Position numbers and translations under genes: made by a program. Positions 49,083-59,003 of a stretch of 64,000 nt of DNA are shown piece by piece. Under the pieces are notes generated by a model. That model ran no database searches and was not told where the DNA came from. It saw only the letters and a program-made list of their open reading frames with translations. Numbering within the stretch: position 1 is the stretch's first letter; each line of letters starts with the position of its first letter. Where the stretch lies: positions 26,939 through 90,938 of the forward strand of contig NZ_JAZKXX010000035.1 of the NCBI RefSeq assembly GCF_045611865.1, read 5' to 3'. The DNA comes from Methanobrevibacter sp. (GTDB lineage: Archaea > Methanobacteriota > Methanobacteria > Methanobacteriales > Methanobacteriaceae).

Positions 49083-50942
49083 ATGGACGCTAAAACAAAA
49101 CAAATAGCTACTGATTTATCTTATGAAATCATAAGAGAAGTCGGAAGAGCAATCAGACCATACGTGGGAAAAGAAGAGTCTGGTGAAAAAGTTAAAATGG
49201 GTGCCGATGGAACTCCAACTTCATTAATTGATGTAATAGCTGAAGACAAAATAATCAATATTTTAAAAAATGCACCAGTATTATCCTACATTGTAAGTGA
49301 AGAAATTGGTGAATTAAAATTAGGTAAAGGTACTAAAAGAAGTGTTGTTTTAACACAAGAATTGAGACGTGATGATTTAAAGGACGATGAAATTCCAAGT
49401 TTTATATTCTTAATTGATCCTGTTGATGGAACAAACAATGCAATTAAAGAAATTCCTGCATTTGGAATATCCATAGCAGTTGCTGAAGTAAACCAAGGAC
49501 GTCTTGCAACATTAAATGATGTGGAACTTGGTTTTATAAGCAATTTTGCAAATGGTAACTTCTTTGAAGCTGAAAAAGGAAAGGGATGTTGGCTAAATAA
49601 TGAAGAAGTGCAACCTAGTGACGTCATTAACATTAGTGACATGACCCTTGGAGGATTTACCAAAAGTGGAACATCAGAAGCTTCAAAATTAGTTGACAAT
49701 GCCCGCCGTATGAGAGTTCTTGGAAGTGTAGTATTAGAATTATCATATGTGGCAAGTGGAAGATATGATGCCTTTTTGGACCTAAGAGGAAGTAGAATAC
49801 TAGATATTGCAGCCTCAAAATTAATTTTAGAAGAAGCAGGATGTATCATAACCAACAAATATGGTCAAAAACTTAACAATAATTTAAGCATTTATGAAAA
49901 AACAATCGTAGTTGCCGCAAATAATAAGATACTCCACAAACAAATGATTGATATTTTAAATGATAATCAGACTGACTTTATTGGAAAAATCGGCCTAATT
50001 TCAAGAATAGACCAAACAAGACCAATACTATTTTCTGCAAAAATAATTGATTATCTTTTAACCAATGGAAGAGAAGTGGAAATCGAAAGAAGACTAGCCC
50101 ATAAATTAACTGAACTAAAAGAAAATCCTGATTTAGACAATATCATCAAAAAAGTAAAAGAAAATCATCCCGAAATTGCAGATTCACTGAACAATATTAA
50201 CTTTAACATTGATTATAACCAACTCGCCCAAAATATTTTTGACTTTGATTGTGATATGGCGGTTATTCTTGGAGGAGACGGAACACTTCTCCGAGCACAG
50301 GCCAAAATGAAACCTGAAATCCCAATTTTCGGAATAAATATGGGAACTGTCGGATTTTTAACAGAAATTGAGGCAGCACATACCTTTGAAGCATTAAATG
50401 ATATTCTCAGTGGGGATTATTATAAAGAAAAAAGAACCAGACTTGTTGTTTCACACGAAAATCACAACTTCACTGCAATGAATGAAGTAGTTGTAATGAC
50501 TGACAAGCCCGCAAAGATGCTTCACTTTGAAATACAAGTAGACGGAGAAATAATTGAAGAAGTAAGAGCAGACGGATTAATTGTTTCAACTCCAAGTGGT
50601 TCAACAGCTTATGCAATGTCTGCAGGCGGACCAATAGTTGATCCTAAGGTTGGAGGATTTGTCATTATACCAATTTGTCCTTATAAACTTGGAGTAAGAC
50701 CTTTTGTAGTATCCGACAACAGTGAAATTACTGTTAAATTACTTAAGAAAGGTAAAACTGCAGTATTCGTAATGGACGGGCAAATTAATGAAGAAGCAGA
50801 ATATGAAGAAGAAATCAAGTTTAAAAAGTCCGATGAAGATGCGTACTTCATAAGGACTTCCACCAAATATTTCTATGAAAAAGTTAAAGACAAATTGAAT
50901 AAAGGTGGAATCGACAATACCCCTCGGTGCAACAATGAATAA
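49083..50942 (+). CDS. Bifunctional NADP phosphatase (IMPase-like) / NAD kinase fusion (MJ0917-type)
   Basis: The N-terminal half has IMPase motifs (LIDPVDGTNN, WDIAAS-like LDIAASKL). The C-terminal half has NAD kinase motifs GGDGTLL and NE...DGLIVSTPSGSTAY. Confidence 0.85.
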   Translation: MDAKTKQIATDLSYEIIREVGRAIRPYVGKEESGEKVKMGADGTPTSLIDVIAEDKIINILKNAPVLSYIVSEEIGELKLGKGTKRSVVLTQELRRDDLKDDEIPSFIFLIDPVDGTNNAIKEIPAFGISIAVAEVNQGRLATLNDVELGFISNFANGNFFEAEKGKGCWLNNEEVQPSDVINISDMTLGGFTKSGTSEASKLVDNARRMRVLGSVVLELSYVASGRYDAFLDLRGSRILDIAASKLILEEAGCIITNKYGQKLNNNLSIYEKTIVVAANNKILHKQMIDILNDNQTDFIGKIGLISRIDQTRPILFSAKIIDYLLTNGREVEIERRLAHKLTELKENPDLDNIIKKVKENHPEIADSLNNINFNIDYNQLAQNIFDFDCDMAVILGGDGTLLRAQAKMKPEIPIFGINMGTVGFLTEIEAAHTFEALNDILSGDYYKEKRTRLVVSHENHNFTAMNEVVVMTDKPAKMLHFEIQVDGEIIEEVRADGLIVSTPSGSTAYAMSAGGPIVDPKVGGFVIIPICPYKLGVRPFVVSDNSEITVKLLKKGKTAVFVMDGQINEEAEYEEEIKFKKSDEDAYFIRTSTKYFYEKVKDKLNKGGIDNTPRCNNE

Positions 50943-52353
50943 TCTTGTAATTGACCTAACACATGGTGGAGTAAAAATAGCTATTAGTTTAGCTAAAAAA
51001 GGAAAAAATGTCCTTGCATATGACCTTTATAATACACTAAAACCTATCGATAGTAGGATGTTAGCCATCTATAACATAGAAATCATCAAATTAGAAGATT
51101 TAACTGATTTTAAGGGAGATATGAATGTGATTTATCCCATCCATATGCCTTTAACCTTTAAAGAAATCAAATCATATAATCCTGATTTAAATTACACTTT
51201 TCAAAGCCATCACGAATCCGTTCGTGATATTTTAAGTGATTGGGGAGAAGATATTTTAAAAATTGAAGTTACGGGAGTTAAAGGAAAAACAACTTCTGTT
51301 TTCATGCTCAAAGAAATTTTAATTGAAGATAATCCATTAATTTTATCAAGTTTGGGTGCTTTATTATATGAAAACAATAAGGAAATTATCCTAAAAAAAG
51401 ATATTTCTATTACACCCGCAAATATTAAAGAAACAATTGATTTGGCATATAAAATAGCAAATCCTGTTTGTAAAATTGCTGAAGGCATTGTTGAAAGTGA
51501 AAATTTAAGAAAGTATAACACAGCAATTTTTGAATCATCATTAGGTGCGAGTGGAATTGGTGATGTTGGACTCCTGTTAAATATTGCAGAAGATTATCCT
51601 ATTGCTAAAGGCAAAAGTAGTGCATCTAAAGCTAAAAAGCAAGTATTTAACTGTAAATGCGTATGCATTCAAAAAGAAGCATTCGACAAGTATTATTCAG
51701 ATATCAAACACGACAAGATCAATACCTTTTCGCTTACTGATGAATCCTCAAATCTATACATAAAAAATGTTAAATATGATTTAGACAAAACACATGCAGA
51801 TATAGAGTATAATAATGTTAAAACAATCAATGGCAACGCCATTTCGGGAAAGTTGAGTTTAAAAAGCTTCGCACCAGGACCTCACCATGTAAGCAATCTT
51901 TTGGGAATTGTATTGACTTGTCTTAGTTTAGAAATTGACACCACCAAAATAATAAATGGAATCAAAAATTATAAAGGAATTCCGGGCAGAACAAATAAAA
52001 AAACGATTGAAAACTCAATAATTATTGAAGAAATCAATCCTGGGTTAAATACACAAGCCATAAAAGAATCCATAAACATGATTAATAATTTAGACGATTA
52101 TTATATCTCCATTGGCGGAGATTATGGGATAACTTGTGAAGAAATTAATGAAGAAAAATTATCTGGCTTTTTAAATACATTAAATCATGATATTCTTTTA
52201 ACTGGAGAAGTTGGAAAATCAATAGCTCCAAAACTAACTGTAGACACCAAATACTATGAAAATTATTCAGACATTTATGAGTTGGCTATAAAAAATAATA
52301 AAAATCTTCTTTTCATATTTCGTTCAGATTATAGGAAACTCAAACAGAGATAA
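50935..52353 (+). CDS. cfbE: Mur-ligase-family protein, probable coenzyme F430 synthase (CfbE)
   Basis: N-terminal VIDLTHGG Rossmann-like start, and a Mur ligase P-loop VTGVKGKTT. ATG overlaps the nadK stop by 8 nt. hemC is downstream. A pseudomurein peptide ligase is not excluded. Confidence 0.5.
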   Translation: MNNLVIDLTHGGVKIAISLAKKGKNVLAYDLYNTLKPIDSRMLAIYNIEIIKLEDLTDFKGDMNVIYPIHMPLTFKEIKSYNPDLNYTFQSHHESVRDILSDWGEDILKIEVTGVKGKTTSVFMLKEILIEDNPLILSSLGALLYENNKEIILKKDISITPANIKETIDLAYKIANPVCKIAEGIVESENLRKYNTAIFESSLGASGIGDVGLLLNIAEDYPIAKGKSSASKAKKQVFNCKCVCIQKEAFDKYYSDIKHDKINTFSLTDESSNLYIKNVKYDLDKTHADIEYNNVKTINGNAISGKLSLKSFAPGPHHVSNLLGIVLTCLSLEIDTTKIINGIKNYKGIPGRTNKKTIENSIIIEEINPGLNTQAIKESINMINNLDDYYISIGGDYGITCEEINEEKLSGFLNTLNHDILLTGEVGKSIAPKLTVDTKYYENYSDIYELAIKNNKNLLFIFRSDYRKLKQR

Positions 52354-52465
52354 TTTTCTAAAAATTGAAACATTTAATATATATTAATTGCAAAAATTAA
52401 AAATGTAACAAAAGGTTACACTTTAAACTTTATATAATTAGATTTTAAAAACTTGGAGATAATAG

Positions 52466-53338
52466 ATGATTGTAGGAACACGAGGTAGTCAATTAGCTTT
52501 AGTACAAACTAAACAAGTATGTGCTGATTTATCCAAAATTACTGGAGAAACTATTGATATCGAAATTATCAAGACCAAAGGGGATAAAATTACTACTTCC
52601 CAATTGTACAATATGGATTCTAAAGGATTATTTACTAAAGAATTAGATATTGCACTTTTAGATGAAGAGGTTGACTTTACAGTACATAGCTTTAAAGACT
52701 TGCCAACTGAATTGGATGAAGATTTAGAAATAATAGCTGTTCCAAAACGTGAATCTCCAAATGAAGTATTAATATCTTCAAAAAAATGGGCTGAATTAGG
52801 TCCAGGATCAAAGCTTGGAACCAGTAGCCTTAGAAGAGAAGCATTTTGTAATCTTTATGAAAAAGAATTTGAACTTAAACCTATAAGGGGAAATATCGAA
52901 ACTAGGATTGATAAAGCTTTAAATACTGATTTAGATGCAACCATCATGGCTCAAGCAGGCATTAAAAGATTAAATCTAACAAAATACATCAAAGAAGTAT
53001 TTCCACTTGATTATATCACACCACCTGCAGGCCAGGGTGCATTAGCTATTATCACTAGAAAAGATTATGATAAAAACGAAGTTATCAAAAATGCTTTAAA
53101 TGATTATGTATCAATGCAAGAAGTATTTGCAGAAAAGAAAGTCTTAGAAGAGCTTGGTGTTGGTTGTCAATGGCCAATAGGCGCAATAGCTCAAATGAAA
53201 GACAAAGAATTTAATATTTATTCAATATTATTGACTAAAGAAGGAGAAATCCTTAAAGAGCAAAACGCGAAAGGTTCTATAAGGGATGCGGTTGAACTTG
53301 GCGGCCGTATAGGAAGACTTTTCGCGGATTATGTTTAA
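52466..53338 (+). CDS. hemC: Hydroxymethylbilane synthase (porphobilinogen deaminase)
   Basis: IVGTRGSQLALVQT, KGLFTKELD, RGNIETR and PAGQGALAI motifs. Confidence 0.9.
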   Translation: MIVGTRGSQLALVQTKQVCADLSKITGETIDIEIIKTKGDKITTSQLYNMDSKGLFTKELDIALLDEEVDFTVHSFKDLPTELDEDLEIIAVPKRESPNEVLISSKKWAELGPGSKLGTSSLRREAFCNLYEKEFELKPIRGNIETRIDKALNTDLDATIMAQAGIKRLNLTKYIKEVFPLDYITPPAGQGALAIITRKDYDKNEVIKNALNDYVSMQEVFAEKKVLEELGVGCQWPIGAIAQMKDKEFNIYSILLTKEGEILKEQNAKGSIRDAVELGGRIGRLFADYV

Positions 53339-53352
53339 ACGGAGGAATTAAA

Positions 53353-54306
53353 TTGGAAACTATTAACGTAGGAGTTATTGGGGTAGGCGCAATGGGTGAA
53401 AACCACGTTCGTGTATACCACAAAATGGAAGAAGCGAATTTACTCGCTGTTAGTGATGTGAGCGAAAGAGCACTTAAAAAAATTGAAAAGAAATATGGTG
53501 CAAAAGGATATACTGACTATAATACGCTACTTGAAAACCCCGAAATAGAAGCTGTAAGTGTCTGTGTTCCAACTACATTCCACCATGCAGTAGTAATGGA
53601 AGCTATTAAACATAAAAAACATGTTTTAGTTGAAAAACCAATAGCATTCACATTAGAAGAAGCTGAAGAAATGATTGCTGCTGCAAAAGAAGCTGGAGTT
53701 ATGCTTGCAACAGGACACGTTGAAAGATTCAACCCTGCGGTTCAAAAAGCTAAAGAACTTATTGAAGATGGAGTTATTGGAGATGTAGTATCTGCATTTG
53801 CAAAAAGAGTAGGACCTCTCCCACCAAGAATTAAAGACGTTGGTGTTTCAATTGATTTAGCTATTCACGATTTAGATATTATGAATTTTTTATTCGATGA
53901 AGAGGTCACCCAAGTTTATGGAGCAATGAACTCCAGTTTTGATGACAGCGAATTCGAAGACCATGCAGAAATAATGGTTAACTTTGATAATGAAACAACT
54001 GGAATTATTGAAGTAAATTGGTTAACACCATATAAAAGGAGAGAATTAGAACTTACCGGTACTGCAGGAATTATTTCCGTAGATTATATTAAACAAAGTA
54101 TTGAAGTATACGGTAAATTTGCTCAAGATATACAAATTAAACATGAAGAACCACTTAAAGGAGAATTGAAATCATTCCTAAATGCAGTAGTAAATGAAAT
54201 CGAACCTGAAATTACTGGTGAAGACGGACTTAAAGCTCTTAAAATGGTTATTGCCGCTAATAGATCTTCTAAAGAACATAAACCTATTAGTTTTGAGGAA
54301 TTATAA
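53353..54306 (+). CDS. Gfo/Idh/MocA family NAD-dependent oxidoreductase (possibly a UDP-sugar 3-dehydrogenase)
   Basis: VGVIGVGAMGENHVRVY Rossmann N-terminus and an EKP motif (VLVEKPIA). TTG start 7 nt after GGAGGA. Confidence 0.7.
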   Translation: METINVGVIGVGAMGENHVRVYHKMEEANLLAVSDVSERALKKIEKKYGAKGYTDYNTLLENPEIEAVSVCVPTTFHHAVVMEAIKHKKHVLVEKPIAFTLEEAEEMIAAAKEAGVMLATGHVERFNPAVQKAKELIEDGVIGDVVSAFAKRVGPLPPRIKDVGVSIDLAIHDLDIMNFLFDEEVTQVYGAMNSSFDDSEFEDHAEIMVNFDNETTGIIEVNWLTPYKRRELELTGTAGIISVDYIKQSIEVYGKFAQDIQIKHEEPLKGELKSFLNAVVNEIEPEITGEDGLKALKMVIAANRSSKEHKPISFEEL

Positions 54307-54319
54307 TTAAGGTGATAAA

Positions 54320-54928
54320 GTGAAACAAAAATTAATTAACAAAGCCCAAGAACTCAGACAACATGGATTTACCACTGGTGAAATTGCAGATGAACTTAAT
54401 GTTAGTATGGATACCGCTAGATGGTTAACTCTTCAAAAAGCTGAAGAAAAGACTGAAGCTCCTGTTGACTTTGCTATTAACTGGAAAAGCATTGGTGGAA
54501 ATTCAACCCGTTTAAGTTATGTTTCTGGGGCATTAAGCGATATGGCTTTATCCCATGGTGATGCCGATACTATTGTAGGCATTGCAGTTAGCGGAGTTCC
54601 ATTTGCAACAGTTATGGCAGATTTTATTGAAGATATGACTGGACTTGATACTTCTTTAGCTATTTTCCACCCAAATAAACACAGAAAAGATGCGGATAAT
54701 ACTGAAGATGAAGGTACAATCAGTACCAACTTCGGAAGTGTTGAAGGTAAAAAAGTTGTCATTGTTGACGATGTTATTACCAGTGGGAAAACAGCTCGCG
54801 AAGTCATTCACACAGTAAAAGATTTAGGTGGAGACCCTACCTGTGTTACTGTATTAATCGATAAAGCAGGACTTTCCGAGATTGAAGGTGTTCCTGTTGA
54901 ATCTTTAATTAAAGTTAGTAGATTATAA
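54320..54928 (+). CDS. Orotate phosphoribosyltransferase-like protein with N-terminal HTH (GfcR/PyrE-like regulator family)
   Basis: N-terminal HTH ([22 protein letters not shown]) and the PRTase PRPP loop [13 protein letters not shown]. Confidence 0.7.
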   Translation: MKQKLINKAQELRQHGFTTGEIADELNVSMDTARWLTLQKAEEKTEAPVDFAINWKSIGGNSTRLSYVSGALSDMALSHGDADTIVGIAVSGVPFATVMADFIEDMTGLDTSLAIFHPNKHRKDADNTEDEGTISTNFGSVEGKKVVIVDDVITSGKTAREVIHTVKDLGGDPTCVTVLIDKAGLSEIEGVPVESLIKVSRL

Positions 54929-54963
54929 ATCTACTTATATTTTTTTAACCACTTAACCACAAC

Positions 54964-54973
54964 TTTTATATAT
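54964..54973 (+). promoter_or_regulatory. TATA-box candidate for the HIRAN gene pair
   Basis: AACTTTTATATAT lies 51-60 nt upstream of ATG 55024, inside a 95-bp intergenic gap. Confidence 0.35.
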
Positions 54974-55023
54974 GCAATGAAACAATTTTAAAATACTTAC
55001 CCACATAATATGCACAAGGTGAT

Positions 55024-55419
55024 ATGATGTATATAACAATAATCGCATTCAATAAGTTCCATGGCTCCAAACCACTAGTTTTAGAAGGATTAGTAAAATT
55101 AGTTAAAGAACCAGACAATAAATACGATGCAGAAGCAATAGCCTGTGAAATGAGATATTTCGGAAAAATAGGTTATCTGGCAAACAGTACACAAACTGTA
55201 ATCAAAGGATGCATGAGTGCTGGACGTGTTCTTGATAAAATTGATGATGGATACTTTGCTAAAATTAAATTTGTCACAGACCATGCTGCAATTGCTAAAA
55301 TTTTAACACCTGATGAATTTATTAAAGAAATTGAAAATCAGGAAAGCGACATACATTATTTATGTGAAGACCCATCAGGCGTTGATTTAGAAAAAATTGA
55401 AAAAAACTTCATCAAGTAG
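55024..55419 (+). CDS. Stand-alone HIRAN domain protein
   Basis: 131 aa. FHGSKPLVLEGLVKLVKEPDNKYDAEAIACEM...GKIGYLANS matches the HIRAN pattern (xEPxNxYDxNAI...GYV/L). RBS GGTGA. Confidence 0.7.
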   Translation: MMYITIIAFNKFHGSKPLVLEGLVKLVKEPDNKYDAEAIACEMRYFGKIGYLANSTQTVIKGCMSAGRVLDKIDDGYFAKIKFVTDHAAIAKILTPDEFIKEIENQESDIHYLCEDPSGVDLEKIEKNFIK

Positions 55420-55422
55420 GTG

Positions 55423-56370
55423 ATGCTAATGATAATCAATAGTGACATAACATTTGATTATGAACTATTAACTGCCCAAGTCCACGAAAATATGGTAATA
55501 ATTCCAATTAAAACCACTCCAAATTATAGATTAGACATAATAACACTTAAAAAAGCAATTGAACTAGGTCTTGGCGAAGTTAAAGAATGTGAACAGTCCA
55601 CAGTTAACACATTAATTGTCAAGAATGATGCCATAACCCCACTAATATTAATTGATGGGGAGGAAGTAATTGGAGGAGATCAAAACCGTTTAGTCAACTC
55701 AACAATACTTGTTGCTCCTAAAAGCCAGATGAAAATTCCTGTAAGTTGTACCGAACGGGGCAGATGGGCTTATAAAAGTGAATTTAAAAATTCAGAATAT
55801 ATTGCAAATTATGAAACCCGCCGTGCCAAAATGAATGCCTCCAGATTAAACAGACCCGTGCAAAATACAGTCTGGTCCTCAATTGACAGTCTTGAGACTG
55901 TAAACGAATTTTGTTCACCGACAAGTGCAATGTCAGAAAGTTATGATAATCTAAAAATAGACCACAACGAATTCATAAAAGCGTTTTCTATCGAAGATAA
56001 TCAGAATGGTGTTGTGATAATAATAAATGGAGAAATTAAAGGATTCGAATTATTTTTAAATTCAGAAATATACAAAGAATTTCATGAAAAAATCCTGAAA
56101 AGTTATTTGATTGATGCAAAAAATGAAAATACTACCTTTTCAATCAACATCGATGAAGTTAAATTAGTGCTTGATAAAGCGATTGCTTCAAATTTCGAAA
56201 AAAAGAAAAGTGAGGGTCTTGAAGAAGTGTATGAATTTGAAAATGAATCTGGATTTGGAAAATTATACTCCTATGACCAAGAAATTATTCATTGGTCTTA
56301 CTTTAAACAAATTGAAGAAAATTCATTTAATGAATCAGAAGAAGATGTAGAGTTAGTGCCTGATGTCTAA
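55423..56370 (+). CDS. Uncharacterised protein resembling the DUF6569/'ARPP-1' family (from memory, unverified)
   Basis: About 315 aa. Starts within 4-12 nt of the HIRAN stop (GTG 55420, ATG 55423 or 55429; GGTG RBS). Conserved-looking block LILIDGEEVIGGDQNRLVNSTILV...IPVSCTERGRW. Confidence 0.45.
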   Translation: MLMIINSDITFDYELLTAQVHENMVIIPIKTTPNYRLDIITLKKAIELGLGEVKECEQSTVNTLIVKNDAITPLILIDGEEVIGGDQNRLVNSTILVAPKSQMKIPVSCTERGRWAYKSEFKNSEYIANYETRRAKMNASRLNRPVQNTVWSSIDSLETVNEFCSPTSAMSESYDNLKIDHNEFIKAFSIEDNQNGVVIIINGEIKGFELFLNSEIYKEFHEKILKSYLIDAKNENTTFSINIDEVKLVLDKAIASNFEKKKSEGLEEVYEFENESGFGKLYSYDQEIIHWSYFKQIEENSFNESEEDVELVPDV

Positions 56371-56387
56371 CTTCACATCTAACTAAC

Positions 56388-56729
56388 TCATTGATAAAGA
56401 GCAGAAACATCATCAACTACTCGAGATTCAGTAATAAATTCTGTAGAATCCTGTTTTTCATTAGAAACCCCGCCAATTACCCCAATACTTTGAATTGTAT
56501 CTTTTAGTAGGGTCATTGATATTACTCCAAGCCCTTCCTGAGACAATACAAACAAATCCAAAAACATTTCATCTTCTCCAACAATGAATGCTGGTTCGAT
56601 TACATCAGCGGATTTTGTTTGAACTTTAATTAAAATATTTTTTATTTCACTTTCACCATCAATTCCAATTTCATCTCTAATATTCTTATCTAAATTTTTA
56701 ACTTTTTCGCTCCAATTTATCGAATTCAT
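56388..56729 (-). CDS. Small acidic hypothetical protein
   Basis: 113 aa. Converges on the preceding gene with a 17-bp gap. Confidence 0.5.
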   Translation of the reverse strand: MNSINWSEKVKNLDKNIRDEIGIDGESEIKNILIKVQTKSADVIEPAFIVGEDEMFLDLFVLSQEGLGVISMTLLKDTIQSIGVIGGVSNEKQDSTEFITESRVVDDVSALYQ

Positions 56730-56901
56730 ATCAATTACCTCTTAATTTAGGCTTAAAATATAATCCCATATAATTCTCTCGATAAAATAGCATATAATTG
56801 TATTTTAACTGCAAAAAAGTGTAAAATCACAAATGCACAATGGGTTATGATAGTCTAAAAACAGCATTTAAATAAAAAAAAAAGTGTTTAAGAAAACTGA
56901 A

Positions 56902-57465
56902 TTAATCTTCAGCTTTCTCTTTTTTATCCTTTTTGTTAACAAGGACTAATTTTTCATTTTCTTCGTCAACTTCCATTACGATAGGTTCGTCTTCAACAGC
57001 ACCCGGATCTTTTTCCACACATTCATTAATTTTAGCTTGAATTGTCCCAATGTCTTCAGTATCGATTAAATCCACAATTTCTAACTGGTTTTGGAATCTT
57101 TCAATACCCTCGAGAGGAACATTTTCAACAAATGGAATAGCTCCGGTTGCTCCAGTAATTTTCTTTTTGTCAGGGTCTGCTCCGTTTTCATATAATGCTT
57201 TGATACTTTGACCTGTGATGTGGCCTTGTACTTCCGCACCCGTAATGATTAGAAAACGGATGTTAGGGTTTGAAATAATATTTGCAACTACTTTTTCTAT
57301 TCCTAAGTTTTCTGTTTTACATGGACCTGCGATTGCTGCCCCAGATAATTCTCCTTCAATGTGAGAAGCAAGTGTGGTTACTGCAACAGGGCTTTCAGGA
57401 TCACCCACTACATAATCCCCACTAATAACCGGCCAACCATCTGCAGGAGCTTTTTTATCAGCCAT
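56902..57465 (-). CDS. MtrA-like corrinoid-binding protein lacking the C-terminal membrane anchor (soluble MtrA paralogue)
   Basis: Closely parallels MtrA ([37 protein letters not shown], and GHITGQS containing the cobalt-ligand His). Ends in a Lys/Glu-rich tail instead of a TM helix. No other mtr genes nearby. Confidence 0.7.
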   Translation of the reverse strand: MADKKAPADGWPVISGDYVVGDPESPVAVTTLASHIEGELSGAAIAGPCKTENLGIEKVVANIISNPNIRFLIITGAEVQGHITGQSIKALYENGADPDKKKITGATGAIPFVENVPLEGIERFQNQLEIVDLIDTEDIGTIQAKINECVEKDPGAVEDEPIVMEVDEENEKLVLVNKKDKKEKAED

Positions 57466-57583
57466 TATAAATCCTCCAAATATTCAGTTAAATATGACTA
57501 TATATTAAAGTATATTTAAATATTATGCAAGTTAATTTGTGCAACTATCACATTTATAACTCCCAATTTGCAAAATAATACCC

Positions 57584-58108
57584 ATGAACATTAATGTAGC
57601 ACTTTTTTATTTTATTAACAGAGGGCTTGAAAATCCATTTTTTGATTTAATACTTCCACAATTCACCAATATTGGAGGATTTGTAGGAGTATTTGTGCTA
57701 TGTACATTATCAATTATCATTTTCAAATATTATAACAAAGAAAAATACTTAAAGATAGCAAAATCATGTTTGTATGCTCTTTTAATCTCTGCAGCCATTG
57801 CATTGTGCCTTAAATTAGCCATTGTTGAAAAAAGGCCTTTTGAAGTTTTAAGTAATGTTCATCAACTTGTTATACCATCAGAACCCAATTCATTTCCTTC
57901 CGGACATTGCTCATCAACATTTAGCGTAATAACAATATTAATCCACGACCTGTGGGAAAACAAGGCTATTGTAATTCTTTTAGCAATTTTTTGTGTGTTA
58001 ATTGCATTTTCAAGAGTATACTGTGGAGTTCACTACCCGTCAGATGTGGTGGTTGGAGCGATGGTTGGAATTTTAAGTGGAATATTAGTCTTGAAGTTAA
58101 AAATATAA
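57584..58108 (+). CDS. PAP2-family lipid phosphatase (undecaprenyl/dolichyl-diphosphatase-like)
   Basis: KxxxxxxRP (KLAIVEKRP), PSGH (FPSGHCS) and SRxxxxxHxxxD (SRVYCGVHYPSD) motifs. Confidence 0.8.
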   Translation: MNINVALFYFINRGLENPFFDLILPQFTNIGGFVGVFVLCTLSIIIFKYYNKEKYLKIAKSCLYALLISAAIALCLKLAIVEKRPFEVLSNVHQLVIPSEPNSFPSGHCSSTFSVITILIHDLWENKAIVILLAIFCVLIAFSRVYCGVHYPSDVVVGAMVGILSGILVLKLKI

Positions 58109-58387
58109 CTCTGATGGATGACCAATATATTCAAAATCATCTTTATTTTTTAAATATTTAACACCGATGACTTTTCCATCAGGAAATTTTGTTACAACAC
58201 TCATCCCATCATTGATATCAATAACTATTACTTTTGTGTTTTTCTCACCTTTAGTTTCAATTTTAATTATATCATCATTCTGGATTAATTCGCCATCTTC
58301 AAATTCGTTACTTACATCTGTGGAAAACCAATGTTGTGGTAACTTAACCCTTAATCCTAAACCATCTAATAAATCTTTTACATGCAT
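58097..58387 (-). CDS. Hypothetical protein
   Basis: 96-aa ORF. The 3' end overlaps the PAP2 3' end by 12 nt (convergent). Confidence 0.45.
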   Translation of the reverse strand: MHVKDLLDGLGLRVKLPQHWFSTDVSNEFEDGELIQNDDIIKIETKGEKNTKVIVIDINDGMSVVTKFPDGKVIGVKYLKNKDDFEYIGHPSELYF

Positions 58388-58484
58388 CTTTATAATCTCC
58401 TTAAAAATATTTTTAATATCTACATGAAATTATATAAAAAAAGAATATTTAAAGATATTGTAACTTTTCAAGGGTGAAAAGTAA

Positions 58485-59003
58485 CTAAACTAAAAAATGA
58501 ATTTTATTTTTATCAATATCTTCCAGAGTATGAGGCTTAGGAATGTCATCAGAATGGCCCAAAGCGAGAATGCCTACAATCCTGTAATGATCATCAATCT
58601 TTAAAATATCCCTAACAACGTCTTCAGAATCCTGGCCGTCTTTACTTCTAAGACGTATCTGAACCCAGCAACTTCCCAAGTCAAGCTCAGTAGCCATTAA
58701 ATGCATGTGAGTTAAAGCAATAGATGAATCCTCACACCAAGTATCGGCCACCAAAGTATCTGCAACTACAACTATGGCTTTATCCGCCCCTTTAATTAAA
58801 TCCGCCCCATGGTCTTTAGCTTGAGACAATTTATTTAAGATTTCTTTTCTTTCAACAACCATAAAATTACATGGTTTTCTATTCATACTAGTAGGAGCTA
58901 GAAGCGCTGCTTGTAAGATTTTATCAAGCTCATCTTTAGTGATTTTTTCATCATTAAATTTTCTTGTACTTCTTCTTTTAAGCATTAAATCAGTTAATGT
59001 CAT
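58485..59003 (-). CDS. Nitroreductase family protein
   Basis: RRSTRKF N-terminal motif. 172 aa. Confidence 0.75.
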   Translation of the reverse strand: MTLTDLMLKRRSTRKFNDEKITKDELDKILQAALLAPTSMNRKPCNFMVVERKEILNKLSQAKDHGADLIKGADKAIVVVADTLVADTWCEDSSIALTHMHLMATELDLGSCWVQIRLRSKDGQDSEDVVRDILKIDDHYRIVGILALGHSDDIPKPHTLEDIDKNKIHFLV

